Part shown: positions 10,201-20,198 of the stretch, one piece after another | How the letters are laid out: the number at the start of each line of letters is the position of its first letter | Numbering within the stretch: the stretch's first letter is position 1 | Assembly: GCA_002269645.1 (NCBI GenBank) | Contig: NIVC01004610.1 | Coordinates: 1-40,578 of the forward strand | Length of the DNA: 40,578 nt | Reading direction: 5' to 3' | Source of the DNA: Macrostomum lignano | Taxonomy: Eukaryota | Position numbers and translations under genes: made by a program | The notes under the pieces: generated by a model | Database searches by the model: none | Seen by the model: the letters and a program-made list of their open reading frames with translations, nothing else | What the model was told of the DNA's origin: nothing

Positions 10201-11841
10201 AAGTGCTACAGCCCTACGATCGCTGGAAGTTCAGATAGTCACATTTAGCGTTAACTTCCCAAGTCATTCTTGCCTATGCGTTGGCTTTGTTATTTCGGTA
10301 TTCGTCACACATGTACTATACACAATTCTAAACATTGCTCTTACTTGACTTTGGTGCCAGAAACGGATGTGAGTTGCTTTGGTTGAGATATTCTGTCTAT
10401 TGGGTCGCCGTTATTTGACGGGTAATCGTCTGCTTCTTGAAAGCATTTCAATAAGGGTGCCATGTAGCTGCTGGGAAAGTCGAAGCAATGTTTAACAAGT
10501 CGTTGCGCGCAATCCATGTGCTGGAACAGGACAGCTACGTCTAGCGACGTCAGCTGATGCCGATGCTCTATTTGCAAAGGATCTGCCCCTTCCGACAGCA
10601 GTACACCGAGCGCTTCCGCGCGTCCGCACATTGCCGCCAGGTGGAGCGGCGTCCAGCTGTCTGCCAGTGGTGGAGCGACCATCGCTCCGGCTTTCAGCAG
10701 GCAACGCACGACTTCGGCGTCTCCAGTCCAAGCCGCGGCGTGCAACGGCGTCTAGCCACGGCGAGCTTTGGCCTGCACCGGAGCGTCAGTTTGGGCCAAT
10801 AGGACTTTAACAACGTCTAGTCGGCGAAGCCGACAGGCAACATGAAGCGGAGTCCAGCCGTCGTTGGACATTATAGATTGGGAGGCGCCATGCTCAAGTA
10901 GCAAGCGTACAACACCTAAATGGCCGCGGTGCGATGCGTAATGAAGCGGCGTAACTCCCTGAACGCTATCGCGAAGATTTACAGTGGCTCCAGCTTCTAT
11001 CAGCGCCTTAGCAGCGTTGCCATGACCGCTGTCTGCCGCGTGATGCAACGGTGACCAGCCCTTGGTATCCTGCAGGTCCAGATTGGTGCAAATGGACTTC
11101 TTGGCCAGTTGCGAGACCACCGACTCGTGACCGCGACGGGCTGCGGCGTGAATTGGTGCCTGAAATGTACTTTAAGATAAGGTACATGTATCAGGTACCT
11201 GCAAGTTATGGAAACTCACAATCAAAACTGACCCATCCTAGTAGATTGCGAATGTTGACGTCGATGTCTTCTGTTTTGAGTAAGATGCGCACTGGCTCCG
11301 GGAAGCCCCAGTGGGCTGCGACGTGCAGCGGGGTAGACTGTCGATCATCCACCGCACTGACCGTAGCTCCGCCGGACTTCAAGAGTTCACTAACCAGATC
11401 GGCTTTGTTTTTCTTGCATGCTGCGTGTAGCGGAGTTCGACCATCTCGATTTGACAAGTCCACGATTGCGCCAGACTTCAGCAACAGTTTTGCTGGAGTT
11501 AGCTGGCCTCTCAGAGCTGCAAGGTACAATGGAGTGGCTCCGTCCTTGTCGCGGGCGTTCACCGCGAAGGCTCTGTTGATTCCATCGCGTTGAAACAGTT
11601 CAAGCAGCTCCTTGACTGCTTCACTGTTGCCTAGTAGAGCTGCTTCGTGTAACGGCGTGCGATTATTGAAATCATTGCGACACTTCTGCAGCTGCCGAGG
11701 GTTTAACATAGGCAGAAGGTTTTTCAGCTGGCTAATTTGATTCTGTTGAATGGCTTTTAGTATGGCCTTACAGATGGACATCGAATGCAAAATGTCGTGC
11801 TTCATACTTTCGCGCCTTTTTTCAGAGCATTCTGCATTCAA
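6873..11841 (-). CDS. Ankyrin-repeat / Mab-21 (cGAS-like receptor) nucleotidyltransferase fusion gene, 6 exons, ~1125 aa, one in-frame TAG
   Basis: Model join(11841-11233, 11159-10345, 9793-9378, 9254-8980, 8885-8043, 7292-6873); all introns GT-AG with matching phases 0,2,1,0,0. About 11 TPLH-type ankyrin repeats, then GSFAEG...DSDID, MDMALMYCCCAYP, LRISTKWLELLL and LKSFHAKTLAFRML...W motifs. Confidence 0.8.
7460..7750 (+). mobile_element. Second degenerate LINE 3' fragment, same family as 890-1420, intronic
   Basis: Clear nucleotide similarity to the reverse complement of ~960-1300 (e.g. CTCGGCCCAAAACC.GA.CTCTCCGACG; GCGCGACACC.CAGCAC). Confidence 0.65.
7856..7925. repeat. Imperfect 7-bp repeat (GCATGTA)n
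   Basis: Read directly, in the last intron of the Ank-cGLR gene. Confidence 0.7.
8043..8885 (-). CDS. Ank-cGLR exon 5 (Mab-21 C-terminal helical domain)
   Basis: Acceptor TTTATGCAG|GGT; YTILKYLF...LKSFHAKTLAF..W..L...HSFFF resembles the Mab-21 LKSYHLKT..W..HYF pattern; donor CAG|GTGATT. Confidence 0.8.
8980..9254 (-). CDS. Ank-cGLR exon 4
   Basis: Acceptor CATTGCAG|CG (phase 1); contains the candidate third catalytic Asp (AMDMALMYCC) and LRISTKWLELLL; donor CAG|GTAAAA. Confidence 0.8.
9378..9793 (-). CDS. Ank-cGLR exon 3 (nucleotidyltransferase core GS...DxD)
   Basis: Acceptor TCTACTTTACAAAG|C (phase 2, matching exon 2); LHKALVDSGF...HLCGSFAEGWG...DSDIDI; donor G|GTGAGT. Confidence 0.8.
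10345..11159 (-). CDS. Ank-cGLR exon 2 (ankyrin repeats 5-11; in-frame TAG at 10752-10754)
   Basis: Acceptor TTTCAG|GCA completes GW|APIHAAA. ORFs 10752..11120 and 10341..10745 are one frame split by RG*TPLHAAA. Donor AA|GTAAGA. Confidence 0.85.
11233..11841 (-). CDS. Ank-cGLR exon 1 (ankyrin repeats 1-4)
   Basis: RTPLHEAA, ATPLYLAA, RTPLHAAC, STPLHVAA; donor TGG|GTCAGT. Start codon uncertain. Confidence 0.85.
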
Positions 11842-13020
11842 TAGTGGGCTTAATATGTTCCTTTACTGCCTGTTCTAGCAGCAAAGCTGCGTACTGAATT
11901 TGTACACACCCTCAAAGCGTTCTCTAATAGCATAGGTCGGACCACACCAACAAGAAGAATGAGCACGTACTCATAATTAATGCACGGCTTTTTGACGTAA
12001 ACCCTACCCCCTGTAGGAATTCTCAACACTTTATAGCCAACTACAAACGTATCACATTGCACTGTACAGGTCAATTTTGATCCACACGGATGCATGACTC
12101 ATACCAAACGAACGGTGTAATTAGGAACGAAAACTATCCTACAACTTGGTGTCTAATATTTTTTTGTAAATCAGCTATAACAAGCAATTAGCCTACCCAT
12201 TGTATTATGAATTACGAATTTGAGCAGAAACTCAGAAAGAAGACGAAAAACTGCTGTTGCTATAGAAAATAATAAACTCTGATTTGATCTCCTTGAATAC
12301 TTGTGCAAGCTTGCCTGTTCCAAAACGAACGTACAATCGTACAATGAGCAGCATATGTTAGAGTTTACATCAGGAAATGAGTGGACAACATGTTGCTGAG
12401 TGTATTAACTTTTGTCAATTATGAGTTGCTTCCTTTAAAATTATTAATATACGAGGAGTGTCCCAAAAGTAGTTTTAACTAGATTTGACTTAACTGGTCA
12501 TTGGTCTCAAGTTCAACGGCTAAAGTGGATTTTATAGCAACAACAGTTAAATAATGATGCGAAGCACCGAAAAATCTTTATTTTTATTTCTACTATAAGC
12601 TTCAAGCCAAAATCGAAGTGTACTTAGTCGTGTGGACAAGAACTTCCAATCTGGATAAATTAAGTAGTTGGAGGTTGAGAATCAAATTAGCAGTGATGTC
12701 ACTGCTAAAATATTCATTGTTAAGCAACGGATCAGTTAATTTGTGAATTAAGATTAAATGAGCGCTTATACCAGTATATTGAGTGATTTCAAACCCTGTT
12801 ACTAGCTAACTTTAATATCGTGCGTTCTACACGGAAGAGGCGAACAAACTACAGAGCTTCCACTGTACATCAGAGGTCAGAATGCTCGGTCATTGGTTGC
12901 TCCCACATCAGCAGTCGGCTTTCAACTGTCTGGTAACTTTGTAAATAAAACTAGGAAGTTTTAAACCTCAAACTTTTGTTTCATCTGTCTGTGATGCGAT
13001 CTGCTACTAACACCAGTCAC

Positions 13021-14185
13021 CATGGCGTCGCCATGGATTTTATGGTGGGGGGACAAAGCCAAGAATTCAAGACGTACATGTACATGACTAAATTTTGGCA
13101 CTCATTGTGGCGCCGTAGGCACTCATTTTAGCGCCGCAGGCACTCATTTTAGCGCTGCAGGCACTCATTTTAGCGCCGCAGGCACTCATTTTAGCGCTGC
13201 AGGCACTCATTTTAGCGCCGCAGGCACTCATTTTAGCGACGCAGGCACTCATTTTAGCGACGCAGGCACTCATTTTAGCGCCGCAGGCATTCATTTTGGC
13301 GCCGCAGGCACTCATTGTGGCGCCGTAGGCACTCATTTTAGCGCCGCAGGCACTCATTTTAGCGCTGCAGGCACTCATTCTAGCGACGCAGGCACTCATT
13401 TTAGCGCCACAGGCACTCATTTTAGCGACGCAGGCACTCATTTTAGCGACGCAGGCACTCATTTTAGCGCCGCAGGCATTCATTTTGGCGCCGCAGGCAC
13501 TCATTGTGGCGCCGTAGGCACTCAGTTTAGCGCCGCAGGCACTCATTTTAGCGCTGCAGGCACTCATTCTAGCGACGCAGGCACTCATTTTAGCGCCACA
13601 GGCACTCATTCTAGCGACGCAGGCACTCATTTTAGCGCTGCAGGCACTCATTTTAGCGCCGCAGGCACTCATTTTAGCGACGCAGGCACTCATTTTAGCG
13701 ACGCAGGCACTCATTTTAGCGCCGCAGGCACTCATTTTAGCGACGCAGGCACTCATTTTAGCGCCGCAGGCATTCATTTTAGCGACGCAGGCACTCATTG
13801 TGGCGCCGTAGGCACTCAGTTTAGCGCCGCAGGCACTCATTTTAGCGCTGCAGGCACTCATTTTAGCGCTGCAGGCACTCATTCTAGCGACGCAGGCACT
13901 CATTTTAGCGCCACAGGCACTCATTCTAGCGACGCAGGCACTCATTTTGGCGCCGCAGGCATTTATTTTGGCGACGCAGGCACTCATTTTAGCGCCGCAA
14001 ACACTCATTTTAGCACCACAGGCACTCATTCAAGCACCGCAGGCACTCATTTTTGCACCGCAGGCATTCATTTTGGTGCCGCAGGCACTCATTTTGGCGC
14101 CGCAGGCATTCATTTTGGCGCCGCAGGCACTCATTTTGGCGCCTGGCGACATAACTCCCCTGCCCCCCCGGGTGGCGACCGCCTA
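13021..14185. mobile_element. Non-autonomous hAT-like DNA transposon filled by a minisatellite
   Basis: 8-bp direct repeat CCAGTCAC at 13013-13020 and 14186-14193; imperfect short TIRs CATGGCGTCGCCA / TGGCGACCGCCTA. An 8-bp TSD with YA..TR ends fits hAT. Confidence 0.7.
13097..14143. repeat. 21-bp minisatellite (GCAGGCACTCATTTTAGCGCC) x ~50 with variant units
   Basis: Read directly; variant units recur in blocks. Confidence 0.95.
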
Positions 14186-14851
14186 CCAGTCACAAATATG
14201 AGTATCTACTCTGCCGTTTACCCCCCTTGAGGAAGACACGCCCTTCGTATGCCTTTATTCATTAATGCATGTGGGGTTAAAAATAGATGATATACATATG
14301 TAAACTCCACCAAAGAACAGGAAATGGACAAATGAGTACATTTAGGCTGGATTAAAAACAAAACATAAATAAATAGGATTAGTGACCAGCCCGACACAAA
14401 TAGACACCAAGAAACAATTGGCGAGCAACGCGCGGGAAGCGCACAGCGAAAAAGCGACCTCCAAGCTATGTATTTTACGAGTATAACGAGTTACAAGCAA
14501 AAAAATTGGATAAAAGCAGAAATTGAATTAAAAAAAACTCAAGCGGAGAGCTGCGCGCAAATTGAGTCAGAAAACGCGGTGAGAGGCTCACCTAAAAAGG
14601 CTAGCAGGCGGAGGGGGGGTGGGGGCCAGCCCCCACCCCACACAGATGCACAGAGACAGCAAAGGGGGCGGGCTGATCACTAAAGCCGGTTTGCACAGGC
14701 GCAAGCACCCATGCAAACCAAAGCATTAGTGACCAGCCCGACACAAAGAGACACCAAGAGACAATTGGCGAGCAACGCGCGGGAAGCGCACAGCGAAAAA
14801 GCGACCTCCAAACCCAAAGCGAGCAAGCGAACAAAAGCAGAAGGCGAGGAG

Positions 14852-15908
14852 CTAAAATAAAGCAGAGACACCACCGGCAAAAGTCACAGCAGCCTCTGCT
14901 GCCTGGTGAAACTGGGGGAGATAACGCTGCACAGCCCCACTTCTCCAGTCACCAATGCGCATGATATCAGACACTGGGAGGCCTAACACAGACGCCCAGG
15001 TAGCTCCTCCTCGTCGCAGACTGTGCGCGGAGTAAGATCCTGGTCGAACGCCGGCTGCGGCAAACTTGTCACGGAGGAAGCAGTCCAGGTGCCTCCCAGT
15101 CAGCAGGCGCAAGCCGCCACTTCCGTCGGCGTAGGACCAGAGCGGTGACTCTGCTGACTTCAACCCGTTGGCGCGGATGTGTCGCTCAACTGCGCTCACC
15201 GGGCACAGGGCTGGCTGCCGCGCCAATCTCGGCAGCAGTACCCGGTGGCAGCGCTCCTTAAATTGGATGGTCTTGCCGAACTCGCAACGCAACACCAGAC
15301 CCTTCGGATGCTGAAGCAGGTCGGCGCGCCGGGAAAGGGCCGGGCCTTTGCCAGTTCGTGGCAGAAGGCTGGACTTTCGCAACATTCCCCACCAGCAGCA
15401 GATGGTCACAGCCCAGCAGGCCAGCTGCAGCCTGTCGGTCTCGTCAACTAGTCGTCGCATCTCCGTCAGCATTGTAGGCGACACAGGCCGCTTTCGGTTC
15501 ACGCGCAGTCCGAGGACCCGTTTAGCGCCGCGTAGAAGGAACCGCTGAAGCGTGCTTAGTCAGGTCCGGCGACGAGTTTATTCGAAACCCGAGCGACAGA
15601 GAGCTGCAGGCTGCCGAGATGCTGCTGTAGGCATGTAGCCGTGTGCCGATCAGACTGGCCAAATAGTTCAGCAGGCTCGTGACGTTGCAGGACACTGGAT
15701 CGCAGCCGGTATGGCGGCAGAACTCCTGCCACTCACGGATGTGTCTGTTGACTGCCTGCGCCGACCGCGGTGCGTACGCAGCGCTCAGCAGCGATGTGGC
15801 GCGGCTGCTAAGAGAGTCTGACGCAGCTGGGCGGCCTGAAAATGAAGAAAGGAGGCGGTCGCCAAGCCAAAAGCATGCTGATGCAGTGATTGTAGAATGC
15901 TTGGGCAA
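14852..15908 (-). CDS. Tyrosine recombinase, frameshifted near 15555
   Basis: Catalytic set R (GMLRKS), K (FGKTIQF), HxxR (AHSLRRGGAT), W (GDWRS), Y (VQRYL). The N-terminal part (15522..15908) is in a different frame from ...LQRFLLRGAKRVLG onward. Confidence 0.85.
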
Positions 15909-17431
15909 ATAAAACCATAACAGCGGAGTAAAAAGTTTAACAGCTGGCCTCGCTCGTGCAACCGCGAGGCAGCGTCAGCAAAAATTTGAAAATCACCAGG
16001 CACATGAAACGCGCGAATGCTCATTCCAAAACGCAAACACATCAGAGCCACCGTCTGCAGCAGCCGCTGCAACGCAGGACACTTTGAAACGCCTTTGTTG
16101 ATGATGTGACAGGCCGTCTGGTTGTCGCAGTAGATGCTCACCTTGCAACCTTTGAGCACATCCCTCCACCTCATCACTGCCAGCAGAGGGGCCAACCCTT
16201 CCTTGTAGTTGATCGGCAGGTCAGCGGAGACAGATCCTGCATCCTTCTCCCATTCCAGGTAGCACCAGTCAAACAGACCATCCTGGTCACGCAGCAGCGC
16301 CGCACCACCTCTGCCGCACGCATCGGATTCCATCGCCACAACTCGATTGTAGCTCGGCCACAGCTGCACCCATCGGCACGCCTGCAACGCCACCTTCCAC
16401 CAGTTCAGCTGACTGCGTAACCCGGAGTCGACCAGCGTTCGCTGTCCACGCCGTAAGATGTTGCACCGCTCAATCAGCTCACGCAAGAAGGTCCTTCCGC
16501 AACTGATGACCTGCGCTGCCCACCCCAACTTGCCAATGACCTGTTGGAGGGCCAGCTGACTAATCCTCACCTTGGCCGACTCGACACCAAGCAGGTTGAT
16601 CAACTTCCTTGCCTTCTCATCCGGCAGCTTCTTGATTTCTTCCACAGTGTCGAACTCAATTCCAAGGAATGACATCCGCTGCGCCGGCAGCTGGCACTTG
16701 GCCGGATTGACGGTGAATCCCAGCCGAGTCAGCAAGTCAATCAGATCGACGTAGAAGCACTGGCAGTTCTCCTGCGTCCCGCAGTAGGCAAAGTCGTCCA
16801 GGTAAGACTCGGTGTTGATGAAGCCTCTACGCACCATCATCAGATGAATCGCATTGCTCAGGCGTTGGAAGCACGTGACCGAGGCTGCCGCCCCGAACGG
16901 CAGGCGCGTATCAAACATGTAGGTGGGAGTGGCGCAGCCAGGAAATTTGAACTTGAGGCCGGTGTTGACGAAGTCTCCTGGGTGCACTCCACATGCGCGG
17001 TATGCTTCACTCAGGTCAACTTTAGTCATGTAGCAGCCTCTCGTTAACTTCCTTGCGAAGTTTTCAGCGCTTGAAAACCGCAACTTCTTATTGCTCTCCC
17101 AGTGCGCGTTCACCGACAGATTGTCCGGCCGACTGCAATCGTGAATTAGGCGTACCCGACCGTAATCATTCGGCAGGGCACCCAGCGCACTCACAATCCG
17201 AGGCCGCCACCCATCCGAGCACCGACGGTAGCGGTCAAGGCGAATTTCTCTCAGAATTTGCATTTGAACAGCTTCAGCGTACTCGTAAAGATTCACAGAC
17301 TCGTAGTTGCTGACCTCGACAGACTTCAGGTTTTCTCGCTGCACATTCGTAATCCGAAATCCCTCAGACACACCATCAAGAATAAACTGCTTTCTGTACA
17401 GCGGCAGATCAATCGACTCCAACTCTTCCAT
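15785..17431 (-). CDS. Reverse transcriptase + RNase H of the Ngaro element (548 aa; frame is open further upstream)
   Basis: RLIHDCS, KVDLSEAYR, DTRLPFG, YLDD; RNase H SDAC, INYKE, CDN, ADAASR. Confidence 0.93.
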   Translation of the reverse strand: MEELESIDLPLYRKQFILDGVSEGFRITNVQRENLKSVEVSNYESVNLYEYAEAVQMQILREIRLDRYRRCSDGWRPRIVSALGALPNDYGRVRLIHDCSRPDNLSVNAHWESNKKLRFSSAENFARKLTRGCYMTKVDLSEAYRACGVHPGDFVNTGLKFKFPGCATPTYMFDTRLPFGAAASVTCFQRLSNAIHLMMVRRGFINTESYLDDFAYCGTQENCQCFYVDLIDLLTRLGFTVNPAKCQLPAQRMSFLGIEFDTVEEIKKLPDEKARKLINLLGVESAKVRISQLALQQVIGKLGWAAQVISCGRTFLRELIERCNILRRGQRTLVDSGLRSQLNWWKVALQACRWVQLWPSYNRVVAMESDACGRGGAALLRDQDGLFDWCYLEWEKDAGSVSADLPINYKEGLAPLLAVMRWRDVLKGCKVSIYCDNQTACHIINKGVSKCPALQRLLQTVALMCLRFGMSIRAFHVPGDFQIFADAASRLHERGQLLNFLLRCYGFICPSILQSLHQHAFGLATASFLHFQAAQLRQTLLAAAPHRC

Positions 17432-17494
17432 CCATGCCTCCAGCTTTAGGTCAGTTGATAAAACAGAGGAAGTTAAAACAGGATCGACGCGCAG

Positions 17495-18594
17495 TCAGTG
17501 CAGAGGCCTGCTGACCTCAGCACCATCATCCCTGTGCGCCATCGCCGCTGAGTGGCCAAGTCCACAACGCCGGCACCGATGAGCGAAACGGCAGTTCCGC
17601 CTTGAGCATCCAGATTCCTTGTTGAAATCAAAGCAGGGTGGCTGCAGGCTTTGTCTTGGCCCCCGGTCAACTCTGGCAGTCGGTGCACTCTGTGGGGCCA
17701 TCAGATAGGTGGCAACTCGGCCAAGGTCAGATCCGCGCGACTCCCATGACGTCTCACCATCTTCACTCAGTCTGCACTCGTCATCAAACCTCATGACTCG
17801 AGCCTTGTCGAACCCGAAGTCAAACAGCTCGCCAATGCGCGCAGTGTAACGCAGGTAGTCTCACAACTCTGACACATCAGGCTGGCCGCCCAGCCCGCTC
17901 TTCACCAACCTGCCATCATCCAGCAACTTAAGCATGATTCGAGCATTCGCCGAGATCCAGTCTCCAAACGTCAGCGACTCAACAACAGCTTCCTTCACTC
18001 TGAAGGTGACTCTCCCTGATTTGTCAATGGACTGAGTCACTCCGGCCTCCTGCTGCTTCCGCTTGTTAATAAACTCAGGGATTCGGTACACCTTGCCTAC
18101 AGACCGACTGGGCTCTTGCTGGGCAGCATCTTCATCGTCAGACCACAGGTTAATGAGCAACTCACCGGGATTCTTTGACGTCGCAGGCCTTCGCTGAAGT
18201 TGGCTGACTTCCGCCTGAAGCAGAGCTGCCTCCTTGCGTAGCTTTAGCAGTCGGAGCTGCTTCTCAGCCTCCACCAGCTCGTCGTCCAGGCCTCCAGCCG
18301 CGTCAGACTCTTGACCATGTTGTACCGACTCGTTCGCGATAAAAGGCAGTTGCCTCTCCGCCGTAGCGCCGTTTCTTATTTCATGCGTCGTCACTGTGGC
18401 AGCTTCATCTTGCTCCTCGTCCTCGTCGTCTGCATTCTCAAGATCGGAGGCGTGCCCTCGAAGTGCGCCCTCAGCCGCAATAAAAGTTCACATTTTCTGT
18501 CTTGTGTTGAAAGCCCTAGGCTCTGAAGCTTCTCACGTAGCGCCCTTACAGTGCTAGGCGCTTCGGATGCAACTGGCTCGTTAGGGTTTGGCAT
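17495..18594 (-). pseudogene. gag-like ORF of the Ngaro element (frameshift ~18395, in-frame TGA at 17861-17863)
   Basis: N-terminal SAP-like motif, central DYLRYTARIGELF...RFDDECR block, C-terminal CFDFNKESGCSRRNCRFAHRCRRCGLGH zinc finger typical of DIRS-order gag. Confidence 0.7.
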
Positions 18595-18681
18595 GATTGT
18601 GCAAAAAACTTAAGCGGAGAGCTGCACGCAAATTGAGTCAGAAAACGCGGTGAGAGGCTCACCTAAAAAGGCTAGCAGGCG

Positions 18682-18856
18682 GAGGGGCCCCCACCTGCAT
18701 CTGTGAGGGGCCCCCACCTGCATCTGTGAGGGGCCCCCACCTGCATCTGTGAGGGGCCCCCACCTGCATCTGTGAGGGGCCCCCACCTGCATCTGTGAGG
18801 GGCCCCCACCTGCATCTGTGAGGGGCCCCCACCTGCATCTGTGAGGGGCCCCCACC
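18682..18856. repeat. 23-bp tandem repeat (GAGGGGCCCCCACCTGCATCTGT) x 7.6 inside terminal repeat A1
   Basis: Read directly; absent from the A2 copy. Confidence 0.9.
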
Positions 18857-19348
18857 CCACACAGATGCACAGAGACAGCAAAGGGGGCGGGCTGATCACT
18901 AAAGCCGGTTTGCACAGGCGCAAGCACCCATGCAAACCAAAGCATTTTCACGCAAATTTTACATTCCCAGAGCGACTCTTTAATTTCTTGACCGCCTTAA
19001 AAGTAGCGGTCGATTTATTTAGCAAAATAAAATTCCTAACAATTTTTTGAGTACTTGAGGGCTACTGATTTGCTAAATTCGGATACAGAGAAAAGCTGCG
19101 ATCAGAGACCGCGCCATAATATGTAAGCGGCTGCTTACTGTATAAGTAAGTGAGAAGAGAAAATGCAGTACATTGTGTGCAAACAAGCTAAAAAAGACAC
19201 GCTCAATTTAATTGGCACAGAGTAAAAACCCTCAAGCCAGTGTGGTGGCAGTGACAAACTACCAGAAAGCATTTATTGTTGTAATTACAGAAGGCATTAT
19301 CTTGGCATTGCAACCATGATAGCTTTTAATAGTAAACTTGGCTGTTAC

Positions 19349-19476
19349 CTACTTATGTCGAAACCTAAGTAGCGTGTAACGACATAAGACCTACTTATGT
19401 TTCGAAACCTATGTAGCGTATAACGACATAAGATCTACTTTTCGAAACCTAAGTAGCGTGTAACGACATAAGACCT
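19349..19476. repeat. ~43-bp imperfect tandem repeat x3 (CGAAACCTAAGTAGCGTGTAACGACATAAGA core)
   Basis: Read directly. Confidence 0.8.
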
Positions 19477-20198
19477 TATTTCGTTATACAGTAAGTGGTG
19501 TACGCAGCAAGTTTTGGTGTCTCTTGGTGAGCGCGCGTTCCATTAGATGATAAAATTTGAGCTCCTGTCAATTGAACCCACATTTGTTAACAACAGTTTG
19601 AAAAAAGAATACAAACGCAATTGAAAACTTTATGGGGCATTGCCTGTGTGAACTGGGGTACTAGCTACTCAGAGGCTTGATAAGAGCTCTACCCCCATTC
19701 AAAGTATTACCTAGTTGTAGGGTCCGAACTCTGAGCCTTAATTAATCTCGTGTGTTGCGAGTTTCAATGCAGCGAATTTGCTCGACAATGTCATTGTGTG
19801 GATAGGTTAAGAGAGAGTTACACGTTTAAAGAAGCTAGTGGTATGGTCAGCTTTCTACGAGTATAATTGCATTCCACACCCAGAGAACTCACGCACACGC
19901 ACGCTCACGCACGTGTCAGAGGTCAGAATGAGACACGTGAATGTCATTAAAAAATAGAATTACAACAATCATACACTATATATAGTCACGAATTTATTTG
20001 AAACCTGCTGCTATAGAGCTCAAGCAACAGAACAAGCGAGAACCTTAATAAGTAAAGAGATTGTTGGAGCTCTTCATTTCTACTATAGCTTTTAATTTTC
20101 TCAAGCTGGGATTAGTGTCTACTGCAAGTAACTCCGTTCACAAATATCTTACAGTACTATTCAGTTTACTCACTTCAAAGGAGCATCAAAGCTTAGCA

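Larger units (their letters stand above)
14378..18946 (-). mobile_element. Full-length Ngaro-type (DIRS order) tyrosine-recombinase retrotransposon
   Basis: gag, RT-RNaseH and YR ORFs, no methyltransferase domain seen. Split direct repeats A1 (18603-18946), B1 (14725-14811), A2 (14533-14727), B2 (14378-14464); the same ATT (AAT on -) at both ends and at the B1/A2 junction. Confidence 0.88.

Noticed and set aside
13088-14201. 313-aa MSACGAK repeat protein and the opposite-strand APQALIL ORF
   Set aside because: Translation of a 21-bp minisatellite inside a TSD-flanked non-autonomous transposon.
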